Origin: an uncultured Candidatus Rokubacteria bacterium
Lineage (GTDB): Bacteria > Methylomirabilota > Methylomirabilia > Rokubacteriales > CSP1-6
Direction of reading: 5' to 3'
Length of the DNA stretch: 64,000 nucleotides
Assembly (NCBI GenBank): GCA_963747235.1
Contig: CAVVEU010000040.1
Coordinates: 160,001 to 224,000, forward strand
Positions within the stretch are counted from its first letter, which is position 1. Every line of letters starts with the position of its first letter. Under the pieces are notes generated by a model. That model worked only from the letters and a program-made list of their open reading frames with translations, was not told the DNA's origin and ran no database searches. Position numbers and translations under genes: made by a program. Shown one piece after another: positions 42,662 through 58,727 of the stretch.

Positions 42662-44983
42662 CCCGCCGGGTAAAGCCCGCGTGCTGGCTGCTCGTCGCGG
42701 CATGGCTGGCGGGCTGCGCCTCCGCCGCCCCGAAGCCCGCGGCCGCGCCGAGCACGAGCCCGCGCGTGGAGGTCCGCACCGAGCCCGCGCCCATGCCGAG
42801 CGTCCCGGCCTCCGCCCGCGGCGCCGGCGGTGGCCGAGAGGCCGGAAGCGGCGGCGCCGCCGCCTCCCCCACCCGCGCCGGCGGAAGCGAGCACGCCGCC
42901 CCCCGCGACGGCCCCCGTGGCCTCGCCGCCGGCGGCCGCGCGGCCCGCGCGATCGCTCGTGCTCAACTTCGACAACGCCGACGTCGAGGTGGTCATCCAG
43001 GCGGCGGCCGAGATCGTGGGCTTCAACTACGTGCTCGCCCCCGGCGCCCGCGGCCGCAAGGTCACCGTCCAGACGAGCGGAAGGATCTCGAGCGACGAGG
43101 TGTTCGGGGTGCTGCTCACCATCCTCGACGTCAACGGGCTGGCCGCGGTGCGCTCGGGCAACCTCTACCGCATCATCCCGCGCGAGGGCGCGCCCCAGAC
43201 CCAGGTGAAGACGGTGGTGGGTCGCGAGGTCAGCGCCGCGGTGCCGCCCGACGAGGTCGTGACCCAGATCGTGCCGCTGCAGTTCATCAACGCGCAGGAC
43301 GCGGTGACGCTGCTCCGGCCCTTCGTCCCCGCGCAGGGCACGATCTCCGCCCACCGCGAGACGAACCTGCTGATCGTGACCGATACCGCCGGCAATATCC
43401 GCCGGCTGCTCGACATGCTGCAGCTCGTGGACGTGGAGGTCTCCCTCAACGAGCTCCAGATCATCGCGCTCAAGCACGCCGACGCCCAGGAAGTCGCCCT
43501 GCTGCTCGGGCAGCTCTTCGGCGCCCGGGCCGGCGCGACGCAGCCCGGCGTGCCGGCCCCGCCGCCCCCCCCCGCGCCCGGCGTCACGCCGGTCCCCAGC
43601 GCCCCGGCCCCGCTCGGCGGCCTCGGCGGCGAGCGGCCGCTGATCGTGCCCGAGCGCCGCTCCAACTCGCTGGTGATCCAGGCGCGCAAGCAGGACATGG
43701 AGACGATCCGGCGGCTGATCGCCAAGCTCGACGTGGACATCTACGGCGGCCAGCGGGTCTTCATCTACTTCGCGGAGAACACCAAGTCGCGGGACCTGGC
43801 GACCACGCTCGACGCCATCTACGGCCGCGGCGACCGGGGCCCCGCGATCACCGGCACGCAGCAGACGCAGCGGACGTTCAGCAGCATCTCGAGCCCCTCC
43901 AGCCTGAGCGGCGCCCTGCCGCCGCCGCCGTCCGCGCTGCTCGGTCCGGTGCCCATCGTGGGCCAGCCGGGCGCCCGGCCGGCGGTCGGCTTCCCGGGCG
44001 TCTCGGGCGAGGGCGTGCCGCCCTCGGCGGATATCCGCTTCGTCGCGGACGAGGTGACCAACGCGGTCATCGTCACCACCTATCCGCGTCTCTGGAAGGA
44101 GATCGAGGAGACGATCAAGAAGCTCGACAAGATGCCGCGCCAGGTGCTGATCGAGGTGCTGGCCGCGGAGGTCACGCTGACCGACGACACCAAGCTCGGC
44201 ATCGAATGGGCGGTGCGCTCGGGCCGCTTCGACGTGAGCTCGTCGCCGTCGGGCCTGCTGCCCGGCCGGCCGGCCCAGTCCCTCATCCCCCTGGGCGGCG
44301 CGGTCCCGCTCGGCTTCAACGTCTTCACGTTCGCGGCGGACAAGTTCCTGGCCGCGCTCAACGCGCTCGCCAGCGAGAACCGGGTCAACGTGCTGTCGAA
44401 CCCGTCCATCATGACCACCGAGAACCGCAAGGCGGTGATCAACGTGTCCACCTCGGTGCCCATCGTCACCTCGCAGCAGGTGCCGGTGGCGACCGGCGGC
44501 ATCACCGGCAACGCGATCACCCAGACCGTGGAGTACCGCGACGCGGGCATCATCCTCACCGTCACCCCGCGGATCGGCGAGCAGGGCACGGTGGCGCTGG
44601 ACGTCAAGCAGGAGGTCAACGAGGTCGGCGAGAACGAGCCGCCCCCGATCAACTCGCCGCGGTTCACGAAGCGCGAGGCCGAGACCTCCGTGGTGCTGCT
44701 CAACAACCAGACCCTGGTGCTGGGCGGCCTGATCCAGAACAAGCGGACGCGGATCCGGATCGGCATCCCGTGGCTCAGCCGGATCCCGATCGTGGGCTAT
44801 CTCTTCGGCTCGACCGAGTACAAGATCGAGAAGACCGAGCTGCTGCTCCTGATCACCCCGCGCACGGTGGGCACCGCGCTGGACGCGGCCCGGCTCACCG
44901 ACCAGATGCGCCGCGTGACGCCGGACCTCGAAGAGTCCATCCGCCTGGCCCCCCGGGTCCCCCCGACCGGCACGCCCCGCTAG
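42658..44983 (+). CDS. gspD: Type II secretion secretin with lipobox (split)
   Basis: LAGC lipobox, LNFDNADV, QVLIEVLAAEV, NVLSNPSI, GIPWLSRIPIVGYLFG, TELLLLITP. Confidence 0.92.
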
Positions 44984-47698
<2,715 letters not shown>

Positions 47699-47729
47699 CC
47701 CCATCACCCGGACATCAAAGGAGACGACG

Positions 47730-48425
47730 GTGACGCTCACGACCCAGCAGATCGACGCGCTCAAGAAGATCACGAGTCCCAGCGTGGCCAACGCCATCGA
47801 GACGTTCAAGGTGCGGCCCCGCGAGGAGGGCAACGTCTCCTCGAGCATCCGGGCGCTCTTCCCCGAGATGGGGCCGATGGTGGGCTACGCGGCCACCGCG
47901 CTCATCCGCGCCGAGCGGGGCCCGATCGAGGGCCACCGGGCGAGCACCTTCGGCTGGTGGGACTTCGTCCTGAGCATCCCCGCCCCCCGGGTGATCGTGG
48001 TCCACGACCTCGACGACCCGCAGGGCCAGGGCGCCCAGTGGGGCGAGGTGCAGGCCAACATCCACCGCGCCCTCGGCTGCGTCGGCGTCGTCACCGACGG
48101 CTCGGTGCGCGATCTGGACGAGGTGCGCGCGCTCAACTTCCAGTTCTGCGCCGCGCACGTCTCCGTCTCGCACGCCAACATCCACATGGTGGACTTCGGC
48201 CTGCCGGTCAAGGTGGGCGGGGTGTGGATCAAGCCGGGCGACCTCGTGCACGCCGACCAGCACGGCGTCGTCACGGTGCCGCCCGAGATCGCGACCCAGA
48301 TCCCGGAGGCCATCGCCAAGGTGGAGGCCGACGAGCGCAAGATCATCTCGGCCTGCCAGGCGCCGGGCTTCAGCGCCGAGAAGCTGAAGGCACTCTTCGG
48401 GCAGATCCGGCCCGGGACCTACTGA
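47730..48425 (+). CDS. RraA/HMG-aldolase family protein
   Basis: MVGYAAT, WGEV, GVVTDGSVRDLDE, GDLVHADQHGV. Confidence 0.85.
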   Translation: MTLTTQQIDALKKITSPSVANAIETFKVRPREEGNVSSSIRALFPEMGPMVGYAATALIRAERGPIEGHRASTFGWWDFVLSIPAPRVIVVHDLDDPQGQGAQWGEVQANIHRALGCVGVVTDGSVRDLDEVRALNFQFCAAHVSVSHANIHMVDFGLPVKVGGVWIKPGDLVHADQHGVVTVPPEIATQIPEAIAKVEADERKIISACQAPGFSAEKLKALFGQIRPGTY

Positions 48426-48470
48426 CAGCGTGATTTTGCGCTGGCGCAGGCGTCAGCGCCCCGGCCGATC

Positions 48471-48918
48471 ATGATCGAGATCCGACTGCCCCGGGTGGCC
48501 GATGAGGTCGGCTGCCGAACCCTCGCCGCCGCCGTCATCGGGGAGGAGCGCGCCGGTGCGTTCATCCGCTCGCATCTGGAGCGCCACCACCTGATCGTCG
48601 CCGAGGCCGAGGGTGAGGTCGTGGGCTTCCTCGCGTACCGGTCCGACTGGTTCCAGTGCACCTTCGTCAGCCTGGTGGTGGTGCGGGACGACTTCCGCCG
48701 CAAGGGCATCGCGCGCGAGTTCTTCAAGTCGGTGGAGGCGGTGTCGCCCACCCCGCGCCTCTTCTCCTCCACCGAGGAGACCAACGCGGTGTCCATCCAG
48801 ATGCATCGCGGCGCTCGGCTTTCAACCGAGCGGCCACATCGACAACCTGCCCCAGGGGGTCCGCGAGCTGCTCTTCTACAAGCGCATCCCGCCGCGTTCC
48901 CTTGGATCAACCAGTTAG
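48471..48918 (+). CDS. GNAT acetyltransferase (split)
   Basis: VAEAEGEVVGF, VRDDFRRKGIA, N..SIQMH..LGF. Confidence 0.8.
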
Positions 48919-48934
48919 ACGGAGGCGCGCCGCC

Positions 48935-49391
48935 ATGTCCGAGAAGACGACCCTGCTGAGCGAAGCGGAGACCGAGCTCACCCTGTTCAAGCGCGCGATC
49001 GCGGGCCTCGACGAGGCGCGGATGCGCCAGGTGTGGCTCGGGACGTGGAGCGCGCGCGACATCGTGGCCCACATCTCGGGCTGGCACCGCGAGCTGAGCC
49101 CGGCGCTCGAGCGGATCGCGCGGGGCGAGCGCCCGATCGCCGAGGGCGTCTCCTACGAGGACGTGGACGCCTGGAACGGCCGCTTCGCGGACGCGAAGAA
49201 GACGGCGGCCACCGCCGACATCCTGGCCGAGCTCGACGCCTCGCACGCCGCCTTCATGCGGGCGGCCGCCACCGTGCCCGACGAGCGCTACGTGCCCGGC
49301 AAGACCGCCCACAAGATCGTGGACCTCAACAGCCGCCATCACTATCAGGAGCATCGCAGCGCAGATCGAGGCCTGGCGCAAGGCCGGCTAG
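48935..49391 (+). CDS. DinB-superfamily (ClbS/DfsB-like) four-helix bundle protein
   Basis: WSARDIVAHISGW, DAWN, HHYQEH. Confidence 0.75.
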
Positions 49392-50668
49392 TGGCCCGCG
49401 ACACGCTGGGGGGTCCTGGTCGTGCCCGCCCTCCTCTACTTCCTCTCCTACTTCCACCGGGTGGCGCCGGTGGTGGTGGCGGGCGATCTGATGGCGGCCT
49501 TCGCGGTCTCCGCGGCCACCCTGGGCGCGCTGTCCGCGATCTATCCCGTACTGCTTCGCAGCCATGGCGCTGCCCGGCGGCAGCCTCGCCGATTTCCTGG
49601 GCCCGCGCCGCACGCTCGACCCTGGGCGGGCTCAGCATGAGCGCGGGCTCGGTGCTCTTCGGGCTGGCGCCCGGCTTCGGGGTGGCCTTCGCGGGGCGCC
49701 TGCTCGTGGGCCTGGGCGCCTCCGTGATCCTCATCGCCGGGCTGCGGCTGGCCGTCGGAGTGGTTCGGCACCGGGGAGTTCGGCACCGTCGCGGGCGCGG
49801 CCCAGAGCGTGGGCTCGATCGGCGCGCTCGCGGGCACCACGCCGCTCGCCCTGCTGGTCGAGCTGATCGGCTGGCGCCGGGGCTTCGTCGCCATCGGCGC
49901 GGCCACCGCGCTGCTGGCCGTCGCGTGCTTCCTCACCGTGCGCGACCGGCCGGAGCGCCCGGCCGCGCGGGCGTCCGAGCCGCGCGCGGCGGAGCCGGGG
50001 CTGCGCGAGATCATCGCGGGGATCCCGAGCGTGCTCGTCAATCCCCACTCGTGGACGGTGGGCCTCATCTCGGGCGGCATCTACGGCGGCTTCGCCGCCT
50101 TCGTGGGCCTCTGGGGCGTGCCGTATCTCACGCAGGTCTACGAGCTGCCGCGCGTGCGGGCCGCCAACCTGGTCGGGCTGGCCGCGCTGGGCCTCCTGGT
50201 GGGCGCGCCGCTGATCGGCTGGCTCTCCGACCGCCTGAAGCGTCGCCGACTCCCCCTGATCATGGTCAGCGGCCTCAACGTCTTCACCTGGCTCGCCCTC
50301 GTCGCGCCCGGCGACGCCCATCGCGCCCGGTTTCCTGCCGCTCGTCTGCTTCCTCATCGGCCTGGGCTCGAGCGTGGTGGTGCTGGTCTTCGCGGCCATC
50401 CGCGAGGTCAACGACCCGCGCTACGTGGGCGTGGCGCTGGGCTTCCACAACGTGCCCACGTTCGTGTCCTTCGGCCTCACGCAGTGGGTGACCGGGATCG
50501 TGCTGGACCGCGTACTGGGACGGCGCGCTCGTCGAGGGCGCCCGCGTGTACGGGCACGACGCCTACCGCACCGCCTTCGCCCTCTGCCTGCTGCTGGCCG
50601 CGGGCGCCTTCGTCTCGGCCTGCCTGGCGCCCGAGACCCGCGGCCGCAACATCTGGAGCGCGGCCTGA
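49391..50668 (+). CDS. MFS transporter (split)
   Basis: SYFHRVAP, ADFLGPRR, GLWGVPYL, GWLSDRLKRR. Confidence 0.82.
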
Positions 50669-51948
50669 TGGGCGCCATCCTCGAGCGCGCCGAGCGGTGC
50701 TGGTCGGGCGGCGTCGAGCCGCGCGAGTTCTGGAAGGCGACCGGCGCGACCGAGGAGATCGCCCCCGGCGTCTTCTTCGTGCACGCCTTCGCCAACGTGA
50801 CGGTGGTGCGCGCCGGGCGCGGGCTCGTGCTGGTGGACACCGCCAACTACGTGGGCCGCGAGCGGACCTTCGCCGCGGTGCGCGCGATCGACCCGGGCCC
50901 GGTCCACGCCGCCATCTACACCCACGGCCACGCCGATCACGCCTTCGGGCTGCCGCCGTTCCTCGCCGAGGCGGCCGCCAAGGGCTGGCCGCGGCCCCAG
51001 ATCGTCGGCCACCGGAGCGTCGCGGCCCGCTTCGACCGCTACCGCGCCACCCTCGGCTACAACGGGCTCATCAACGCGCGGCAGTTCTCCATCCAGGCCT
51101 CGTGGCCCACCGAGTACGACTACCCCGACACGGTCTACGATCAGGCGCTGCGCCTCGAGACCGACGGCGTGGCGCTCGAGCTGCAGCACGCGCGGGGCGA
51201 GACCGACGACGCCACGTGGGTGTGGTGGCCCGAGCGGCGCATCCTGTGGACGGGCGACCTCTTCATCTGGGTCGCGCCCAACGCGGGCAATCCCCAGAAG
51301 GTCCAGCGTTACGCCGCGGAGTGGGCGGCGGCGCTCCGCGAGATGGCGGCGCGCGGCGCGGAGCTGCTCATCCCCGGCCACGGCATGCCCATCGTGGGCG
51401 CCGAGCGCGTGCGCCAGGCGCTGACCGACACCGCGGAGTGGCTCGAGGCGCTGGTGAGCCAGACGCTCGCGCTCATGAACGCGGGGGCCACCCTCGAGGA
51501 GGTGCTGCGCGCGGTGACGCCGCCGGCTCACCTGGCCGAGCGTCGGTATCTCCAGGCGGTGTACGACGAGCCGGACTACGTCGTCCGCAATCTCTGGCGG
51601 CTCTACGGCGGCTGGTACGACGGCGTGCCCTCGCATCTCAAGCCCGCGCCGGAGGCCGAGCTGGGCCGCGAGATCCTGACGCTGGCCGGCGGCATGGACG
51701 GCGCTCATCGCGCGGGCGCGCGCGCTGGCCGCCGAGGGCCGCCTGGCCCTCGCCGCCCACCTGATCGACTGGGCCGTCGCGGCCGAGCCCGAGCACCGCG
51801 AGGCCCACGCGGCCCGCGCCCAGATCTACGAGCGCCGCGCCGAGGACGCCCGCGCGCTCATGACCCGCGGCATCTTCTCCGCCACCGCCCGCGAGTCCGC
51901 CGACAAAGCCCGCGATCCCCTCTCCCCTGAGGGGAGAGGGCCAGGGTG
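50668..51948 (+). CDS. Alkyl sulfatase-like metallo-beta-lactamase-fold hydrolase (split near the 3' end)
   Basis: THGHADH, HARGETDD, PNAGNPQKVQRY, IPGHG, WRLYGGWYDG. Confidence 0.82.
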
Positions 51949-51952
51949 AGGG
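51918..51952. repeat. REP-like palindrome, third copy
   Basis: CCCTCTCCCC-TGA-GGGGAGAGGG-CCAGGGTGAGGG. Confidence 0.75.
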
Positions 51953-52432
51953 GTGGTCGTGGCAACCACCTACCGCCTCACCCCAAGCCGCCGCGCCGCG
52001 AATCGCCTCGTTCGCGTCCTGCTGAAGCTCGGCCTGATGCCCGGCCCCACGTACCTGCTGACCGTCGCCGGCCGCCGCACCGGCCGCCCGCTGTCGACAC
52101 CGGTGACCCTGGTGGAGGAAGGCGATGCCCGCTGGCTGGTCGCGCCCTACGGCGACGTCGCCTGGGTCCGCAGCGCCCGCGCCGCGGGCCAGGTCACGCT
52201 GAGCCGCGGCGCGCGCTCGGAGACACTCTCGATCCGGGAGCTGCCTGCGGCCGAAGCCGCCCCAGTCCTGCAGCGCTACGTCACCCGCGTCCCCATCACC
52301 CGCCCCTACTTCGACGCCAAGCCCGACTCTCCGCTCGCCGCCTTCATCGCCGAAGCCCCCCGCCACCCCGTCTTCCGGCTGGGGCATCAGGGCGGCGTGG
52401 AGACGTACGAAATGTCGGAACGTAAGACCTGA
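51953..52432 (+). CDS. Deazaflavin (F420)-dependent nitroreductase family protein
   Basis: LLTVAGRRTGRPLSTPV, WVRSARAAG, HPVFRL. Confidence 0.8.
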   Translation: MVVATTYRLTPSRRAANRLVRVLLKLGLMPGPTYLLTVAGRRTGRPLSTPVTLVEEGDARWLVAPYGDVAWVRSARAAGQVTLSRGARSETLSIRELPAAEAAPVLQRYVTRVPITRPYFDAKPDSPLAAFIAEAPRHPVFRLGHQGGVETYEMSERKT

Positions 52433-52437
52433 CCCCG

Positions 52438-53135
52438 TCAGACGACCTCGTCGGTGCGGGCGAGGACCTCGCCGAAGCGGGCGAGGGCGGGCGGCGGGAG
52501 GGTCTTGTAGACCTCGGCGATGCGGAGATTGATCTCGCGGTTGGCGAGGGCGAAGAGGCTCCGGCCCTCCGCGTCGCCCTCCACCAGGAAGGGCCCGAGG
52601 CGGTTCGACCTCGAGGACCCAGAGCGCCTGGGCGATCCCCAGCTCGCGCAGCCAGTGGACCTCGCGCACGCGCGTGATCCCGCGCCCGTAGGTCGCGCCC
52701 AGCCGTAGCCCACCGTGGTGAGGTAGACCGCGCCGTGGGGCACGAACCACTCGCGATAGGCCAGCTCGGTGAGCCCGGCCTTGCCCACGATGACGCGCGC
52801 GCCCGAGCGCTCGAACCACGGCCCCATGGACTTGCCGAACCGGAAGCTCGCGGTGGCGGTCACCGCCTCGACCACGTGGGTGCCGTCCGGGCGCGCTGGC
52901 CGCGGCGGGCGAGCAGTGGAAGTTCACGTTGGTCAGCGCGCGCACCGCCTCCGGGAAGCGGCACGCCCTTGTCCACCACCTGGCGGTAGACGCCCTCGCG
53001 CGCGGTGTAGAGCGCGCCGCTCAGGTACACCACGTCGCCGAGCTTGAGCGAGCGGATGGCCTCGTCGGACACGGGCGTGGTGAGGTGCACCTCGTCCATC
53101 GCGACGTCGTCGAGCCGCGGCGATCGCACGCCCAT
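52438..53135 (-). CDS. Fe-S hydro-lyase beta subunit, fumarase/tartrate dehydratase family (split)
   Basis: LTTPVSDEAIRSLKLGDVVYLSG..YTAR, IVGKAG, GPFLV..D..GRSLF. Confidence 0.8.
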
Positions 53136-54081
53136 CACTCGATCCCCTACGCGGCGGTAGTAGTCGGTGAACCACCGCGGGTCGCTCCGGAACTCCACGC
53201 GCCCGTCCGGATGGATGCGCGCGGTGGCCCGCCGCGACGAGAGGCAGAACTGGTGGATGCCGATCGGCATGCCGCCGGTGTGCGTGTAGGCCAGCTCCAC
53301 GTGGGTGGCCACCACCATGGAGGTGCCCGCGAAGCCCATGGCGCCGATGCCGATGTAGTTGCCGAGCGCGGTCAGCTCGTCCTCGAGCGCCGCCGCGGCC
53401 GGATCGGGATTGCGGCTGCCGACCAGCGCGCAGGCACGCCGCTTCCTTGCCGAGCCGCACGCAGGTGTCCTTGGCGCCGCCGATGCCCACGCCCACGATG
53501 GCGGGCTGGCAGGCGAGGCCCGCGCTTGCCCGACTCGATCAGCGTGTCCACGAAGAAGCGCTTGATGCCCGGCGACGCCGTCGCCCGGGAACAGCATGCG
53601 GTAGTCGCTGCCGAAGAGCCCGCCCTTGTGCACGGTGGTCACGTCGATCCAGTCCGCGTCGCGGCTCCACCGCGTAGGTGACCTCGGGGGCGTGGCAGGC
53701 CCACGTTGTCGTTGCGGTCCTCCCGGGTGAGCGGGTGCACGCGGTTGGGCCGGAGCGGGATCGGCCTGGGTGGCCTCCGCGGTCGCCTTGCGGAGCGCGC
53801 GCTCGAGCGCCACCAGCCCGCCCTCGACCACGGCCTCGTTGCCGAGCTCGCACGTAGTAGCGCGGCAGCCCGGTGTCCGCGCACATCGGCCGCCGGTCGG
53901 CGCGTGGCGATGTCCCAGTTGCCGAGCATCTCGGTCGAGCACGAAGCGCGCGAGGCGGTTCTGTCTCCCGGTCGCGCGCGAGGCGCACGCCGTCGCGGTA
54001 GTCGGGCGGGATGTCGATCGCCGCGCGCGCGGTCAGCTCGCGCGCGGTGTCCTCGATCAGCTTGGCCGGAATGCCTGACAT
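53135..54081 (-). CDS. Fe-S hydro-lyase alpha subunit, fumarase/tartrate dehydratase family (split)
   Basis: PMCADTG, PLRPNRVHP, ACQPAIVGVGIGG, GIGAMGFAG. Confidence 0.8.
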
Positions 54082-55808
<1,727 letters not shown>

Positions 55809-55850
55809 AGGGGGCGTATCATCCCGCCGCCGCCCGGGGGGTGTCAAGTT

Positions 55851-56594
55851 ATGCTCGGGGCCGTGATCGCGGCCCTGATGGCGGCGGTGGTGCTGGGGGC
55901 GGCCTTCGTGAAGGGCGCCATCGGCTTCGGGTTCCCCGCCCTCGGCACCCCGCTGCTGAGCCTGATCGTGGACGTCAAGACCGCGGTGGTCGTCCTGATC
56001 CTGCCCAATATCGTGATGGACGGCATCCAGTTCGCCCGGCGCGGCACCCCGCTGGCCACCGTGCGCCGCTTCGCGGTCCTGCTCGTGGCCGGCGCCCTGG
56101 GCATCGTGCTCGGCACCCGCGCGCTGGTCGTCCTGTCACCGCGGGCCGCGACGCTGATCCTGGGCGCCTTCGTGCTCTGCTTCGTCGCGCTCAACGCGAC
56201 CGGGCTGACCCCGCGCGTGCCCCCGCACTGGGAGCGCTGGCTCGGGGCGCCCGCCGGCTTCATCGCCGGCGTCATCGGCGGGATCACCAACGCGCCCGCC
56301 ACCGCGCTCGTGCTCTACTTCCAGGCCATCGGGCTCTCGAAGCACGACTTCGTGTCGTCGGTGGCCTTCACGTTCTTCTTCTACAAGCTGGTGCAGCTCG
56401 GCGCGGTGAGCTGGTACGGGCTCCTGCCCTGGTCGCTGCTCTGGCCGTCGCTGGCCCTGACCGTCGTGGGACTCGCCGGCTTCGCGGTGGGCCTGCGCGT
56501 GCAGGACCGGCTGGATCAGCGCGGCTTCAACCGCGCGGTGCTGGTCTTCCTCGCGCTGCTCGGCGCCTGGCTGCTGATCCGCAGCCTCTGGTGA
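55851..56594 (+). CDS. TauE/SafE (sulfite exporter) family membrane protein
   Basis: GAFVKGAIGFG and a repeated Gly-rich TM pattern. Confidence 0.82.
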   Translation: MLGAVIAALMAAVVLGAAFVKGAIGFGFPALGTPLLSLIVDVKTAVVVLILPNIVMDGIQFARRGTPLATVRRFAVLLVAGALGIVLGTRALVVLSPRAATLILGAFVLCFVALNATGLTPRVPPHWERWLGAPAGFIAGVIGGITNAPATALVLYFQAIGLSKHDFVSSVAFTFFFYKLVQLGAVSWYGLLPWSLLWPSLALTVVGLAGFAVGLRVQDRLDQRGFNRAVLVFLALLGAWLLIRSLW

Positions 56595-56609
56595 GCGCGC
56601 GGCTCCGGA

Positions 56610-57053
56610 TCAGGCCGGGCGCATGGTGTAGGTCCAGCACTCTCCTTCCAGCAGCGTGACGCCGTCCTGGTTGGTGATCACCGCGCGGAGCTGGCAGACC
56701 GGCTTGTCGGGCTTGAGCGCCAGCACCTCGATCTCCGCGGTCACCGTGTCCCCCAGATAGGTCGGCGCCAGGTACTTGAGCGACTGGCTCATGAACACGG
56801 TGCCCGGACCGGGCAGATCCATGGCGACCAGCGCGTTCAGCATCCCCGCCGCGATGCCGCCCTGCGCGACCAGGCGGCCGAAGCGGGTCCGCGCGGCGAA
56901 GTCCGCGTCGAAGTGGAGCGGGTTGCGATCGCCCGTGATCTGCGCGTAGAGCTCGACCTCGTGCCCGGTCACGGTCTGGGTGCGGCGCGCGCGCTGCCCG
57001 ACCTCGAGGCCGAGCGGGCCGATCTGCCTCAGATCGACGCCGCTACACGACAC
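56610..57053 (-). CDS. MaoC-family (R)-specific enoyl-CoA hydratase
   Basis: YAQITGDRNPLHFD...FGRLVAQG, LPGPG. Confidence 0.87.
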   Translation of the reverse strand: MSCSGVDLRQIGPLGLEVGQRARRTQTVTGHEVELYAQITGDRNPLHFDADFAARTRFGRLVAQGGIAAGMLNALVAMDLPGPGTVFMSQSLKYLAPTYLGDTVTAEIEVLALKPDKPVCQLRAVITNQDGVTLLEGECWTYTMRPA

Positions 57054-58312
57054 CGGCGGCGCGCAGCTTCTCCACGCGCGCCTTCGGCATGCGCAGGAGC
57101 CCGGTCAGGATCGCGTCGGTGTGCTGGCCGAGCAGCGGCGGGGGCAGCGTGGCCGCGCCCGGCGTGTCGTGCAGCCGCACCGGCACGCCCATCACGGTGA
57201 TCGGCCCCGCCTTGGGATGCGACAGCGAGACCATCATGCCCCGCGCCTTGAGATGCGCGCTCTCGCACACCTCGGCCACCGACTTGATGCGCCCGGCGGG
57301 CACGCCCGCCTTGTCCAGCCGCGCGAGCCACTCGTCGGCGGGGCGCGCGCCCAGGATCTCGTTGAGGAGCGGGGACCAGGATCTTCGCGATTCGTCACGC
57401 GGTTGGCCTCGGTGTCGAAGCGCGGATCCTTGATCGAGATCCTCGCGCTCCGAGCGCCGCGGCACGTGCGGTCCCACAGCGAGTTGTTGGCGACGCCCAG
57501 GGTGATGTAGACGTCCTGCGCCTTGAAGACTTCATAGGGCACGATGGACGGGTGCTCGTTGCCGCGGCGGGCCGGGCGGCCGCCCGCGTTCAGGTAGAGC
57601 CCGGCCTGATAGGTGAGCAGCGAGGCCATCACGTCGAGCATGCCGATCTCGACCTTCTGCCCGCGCCCGGTCTTCTCGCGGCTCAGCAGCGCCAGCGTGA
57701 TGCCCTGCGCGGCGGCCATGCCCGCCACCAGGTCGCCGATCGAGTTGCCGACCTTGACCGGCGGGCCGTCGGGGAACCCGGTGATGTCCATGACGCCGGA
57801 CTCGCCCTGCACGATCAGGTCGTAGCCGGGCCGGTGCGCCTCGGGGCCGCTCTCGCCGAAGCCGGAGATCGAGCAGTAGACGAGCCGCGGATTCGCCTTC
57901 CGGAGCGCCTCGTAGCCGAAGCCCAGGCGCTCCATGGTGCCGGGCCGGAAGTTCTCCAGCACCACGTCGGCCGAGGCGAGCAGCCTGCGGCAGGATCTCC
58001 TGCCCCTCGGGCGCCTTCATGTTCAGCGTGAGGCTCTTCTTGTTCCGGTTGACCGAGAGGAAGTAGGTCGCCTCGCCGCTCACGAAGGGCGGCCAGCCGC
58101 GCGTGTCGTCGCCCTTGCCGGGCTCCTCGATCTTGATCACCTCGGCGCCCATGTCGCCCAGCGACATGGCGCAGAACGGGCCCGGCCAGCACGCGGGTGA
58201 GATCGATGACGCGCACGCCGGCGAGCGGCGGCCGGGCGGACGGCCGGCGGGCCGCGGGCTTCGAGCGGGCGGCGGATGCGGTCTTGCGCGAGCGGGGCTT
58301 AGTCTTCGCCAC
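57043..58312 (-). CDS. Family III (CaiB/BaiF) CoA-transferase (split)
   Basis: [51 protein letters not shown]. Confidence 0.9.
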
Positions 58313-58727
58313 GGGGCCTCCTGTTCCACAAGCCTTTGACGACGCTCTTGCCGATGGCGCCGACCCGCTCGCCACTGGCGCCGGCGCGACGCCAGAAGAG
58401 GCGCGCCCGGTCGGTGAATCCCATGTGGGAGAAGTAGAACACGGAGTCTACCGCTTCCACCGACACGTGGGAGCCGATCTTGACGCCCTCGGTGGCGGTG
58501 CCGTGGCAGAAGAGCCGGGCGCCGCCTTCGAGCTCGACGAGCGCCAGGTGGAGCGGGGCCCGGAAGCCCTCGGGCGGCGAGTGCAGCGTGGTGAACGAGA
58601 CCACCTCGCCGAGGGGCGGCAGCGACGCGTCCACCATCCGCACCGGATGATCGGGACAGATGCTGGCCGGCGGCACCACGAGGCGCCGGCAGCGCGGGCA
58701 GCGGGAGGCGCGGAGCCGCTCGGGCAT
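58299..58727 (-). CDS. DUF35 Zn-ribbon/OB-fold protein
   Basis: SRCPRC...[26 protein letters not shown]. Confidence 0.82.
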   Translation of the reverse strand: MPERLRASRCPRCRRLVVPPASICPDHPVRMVDASLPPLGEVVSFTTLHSPPEGFRAPLHLALVELEGGARLFCHGTATEGVKIGSHVSVEAVDSVFYFSHMGFTDRARLFWRRAGASGERVGAIGKSVVKGLWNRRPRGED

